Of a DNA stretch of 64,000 nucleotides, positions 63,204-64,000 are shown one piece after another. The position numbers and the translations under genes are program-made. The DNA is from an uncultured Pelagibacteraceae bacterium (GTDB taxonomy: Bacteria; Pseudomonadota; Alphaproteobacteria; Pelagibacterales; AG-422-B15): assembly GCA_902518415.1 (NCBI GenBank), contig CABYGA010000002.1:6705-70704 (forward strand), given 5' to 3'. Below the pieces are notes generated by a model. It had not been told where the DNA came from and ran no database searches. It worked only from the letters and a program-made list of their open reading frames with translations. Positions within the stretch are counted from its first letter, which is position 1. Each line of letters begins with the position of its first letter.

Positions 63204-64000
63204 ATGCTAACAGATATTTCCTGGGTTGTTAACTTAAGATCTCCATTTTTAACTCCAATATTTGAGTTTTTAACATGGCTTGGGTACAGGGATTTTCTTT
63301 TTATGTTCATCCCGTTTACTTATTGGTGCTTTGATAGGAAAATATTTGGTAGACTAGTACTAATTGTATTTTTTAGTGCGATAATTAATTCTTGGTTAAA
63401 AGATTTTTTTCAAGATCCAAGGCCAGATCTCTATCTCAATATAGATCCGTGGCTTCAAGCGGAAACCTCTTTTGGGTTTCCAAGTGGTCATACTCAAATA
63501 GCAGTTGTTATATGGCTTTATATTGCGCTCAATGTAAAAAATCTCTTTGCAAAAATTGTATCAATTATTTTTTTATTAGGTGTGCCTTTTAGTCGTATCT
63601 ACCTTGGCGTGCATGATATTGGAGATATTCTTGGTGGAATGATAGTAGGGTTATTCACTCTATATGCCGCTCATCTATTTTATCAAAATATTGACATGGG
63701 AAAATATAATTTAAGCAAACTATTTAAATATATATCAACGATTATTCTACTGATCGTGTTTTATTTCTTGTGGCCAATGGAACATGGTCATGAATTAGTT
63801 ACGGGTTTGGGAGGACTTATATTGGGCTTTATGATAGGATCAGATTTAGATAAAAAATATTTTGGTTACGAACGAGTATCAAATACCTTTATGCACTATT
63901 TTTCGTGTTTATTGGCATTAATTTTCTTTCTAATTTTAAATAAATTCCTAGAAGCTGGATTTAATCAAGTAATTTTACCTGAGTGGTTCGAAATTGGCAT
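63204..64000 (+). CDS. PAP2-family membrane phosphatase (runs off window end)
   Basis: Not in the ORF track. Manual translation from ATG 63204 gives MLTDISWVVNLRS...LKDFFQDPRP...FGFPSGH...SRIYLGVHDIGD, the three PAP2 motifs. Confidence 0.88.
   Translation, partial: MLTDISWVVNLRSPFLTPIFEFLTWLGYRDFLFMFIPFTYWCFDRKIFGRLVLIVFFSAIINSWLKDFFQDPRPDLYLNIDPWLQAETSFGFPSGHTQIAVVIWLYIALNVKNLFAKIVSIIFLLGVPFSRIYLGVHDIGDILGGMIVGLFTLYAAHLFYQNIDMGKYNLSKLFKYISTIILLIVFYFLWPMEHGHELVTGLGGLILGFMIGSDLDKKYFGYERVSNTFMHYFSCLLALIFFLILNKFLEAGFNQVILPEWFEIG

Noticed and set aside
1196..63592. Many 60-120 aa ORFs antisense to or nested in genes (e.g. 1196-1480, 9468-9785, 32393-32734, 54559-54927, 63392-63592)
   Set aside because: They shadow well-supported genes, mostly start at non-ATG codons and show no recognisable motifs.
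1..64000. rRNA, tRNA, CRISPR, IS, prophage or cobalamin riboswitch
   Set aside because: Intergenic gaps are short and AT-rich, with no GC-rich structured RNA, repeat-spacer array, or transposase/integrase ORF.

Overview
AT-rich (about 30% GC by eye), very densely packed chromosomal segment of a streamlined alphaproteobacterium. Gene order, alpha-type LexA boxes and a Zn-free DksA support the class; a SAR11/HIMB59-like marine lifestyle is an inference. Most of the window is core genome: nrdJ, aspS, rnd, hda, purMN, ndk, pepA, lptFGD-surA-rsmA, gmk-fab/acpP, rpsF-rpsR-rplI, dnaB-alr, bamB, panB, guaBA, rlmE, icd, alaS, recA, dksA, MoxR/VWA and dusA. It also holds a TolC-PadR-MFP-RND-RND efflux operon and a redox gene cluster. 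I saw no rRNA, tRNA, CRISPR, integrase or transposase. Most notable observations: (1) a Der/EngA GTPase with a single G domain at the canonical bamB-der locus; (2) a four-gene block between panB and guaA with a CPD photolyase, a coupled membrane protein, a 171-aa protein carrying malonyl-CoA-decarboxylase-like catalytic motifs, and a tail-anchored GST-fold protein; (3) a tandem TATATCA-N3-TGATATA operator overlapping the efflux operon promoter; (4) signs of widespread leaderless mRNAs; (5) several genes cleanly missing from otherwise conserved operons (pdxA, purF, radA, holC, mltG). All protein calls come from motif recognition by eye, not database searches.
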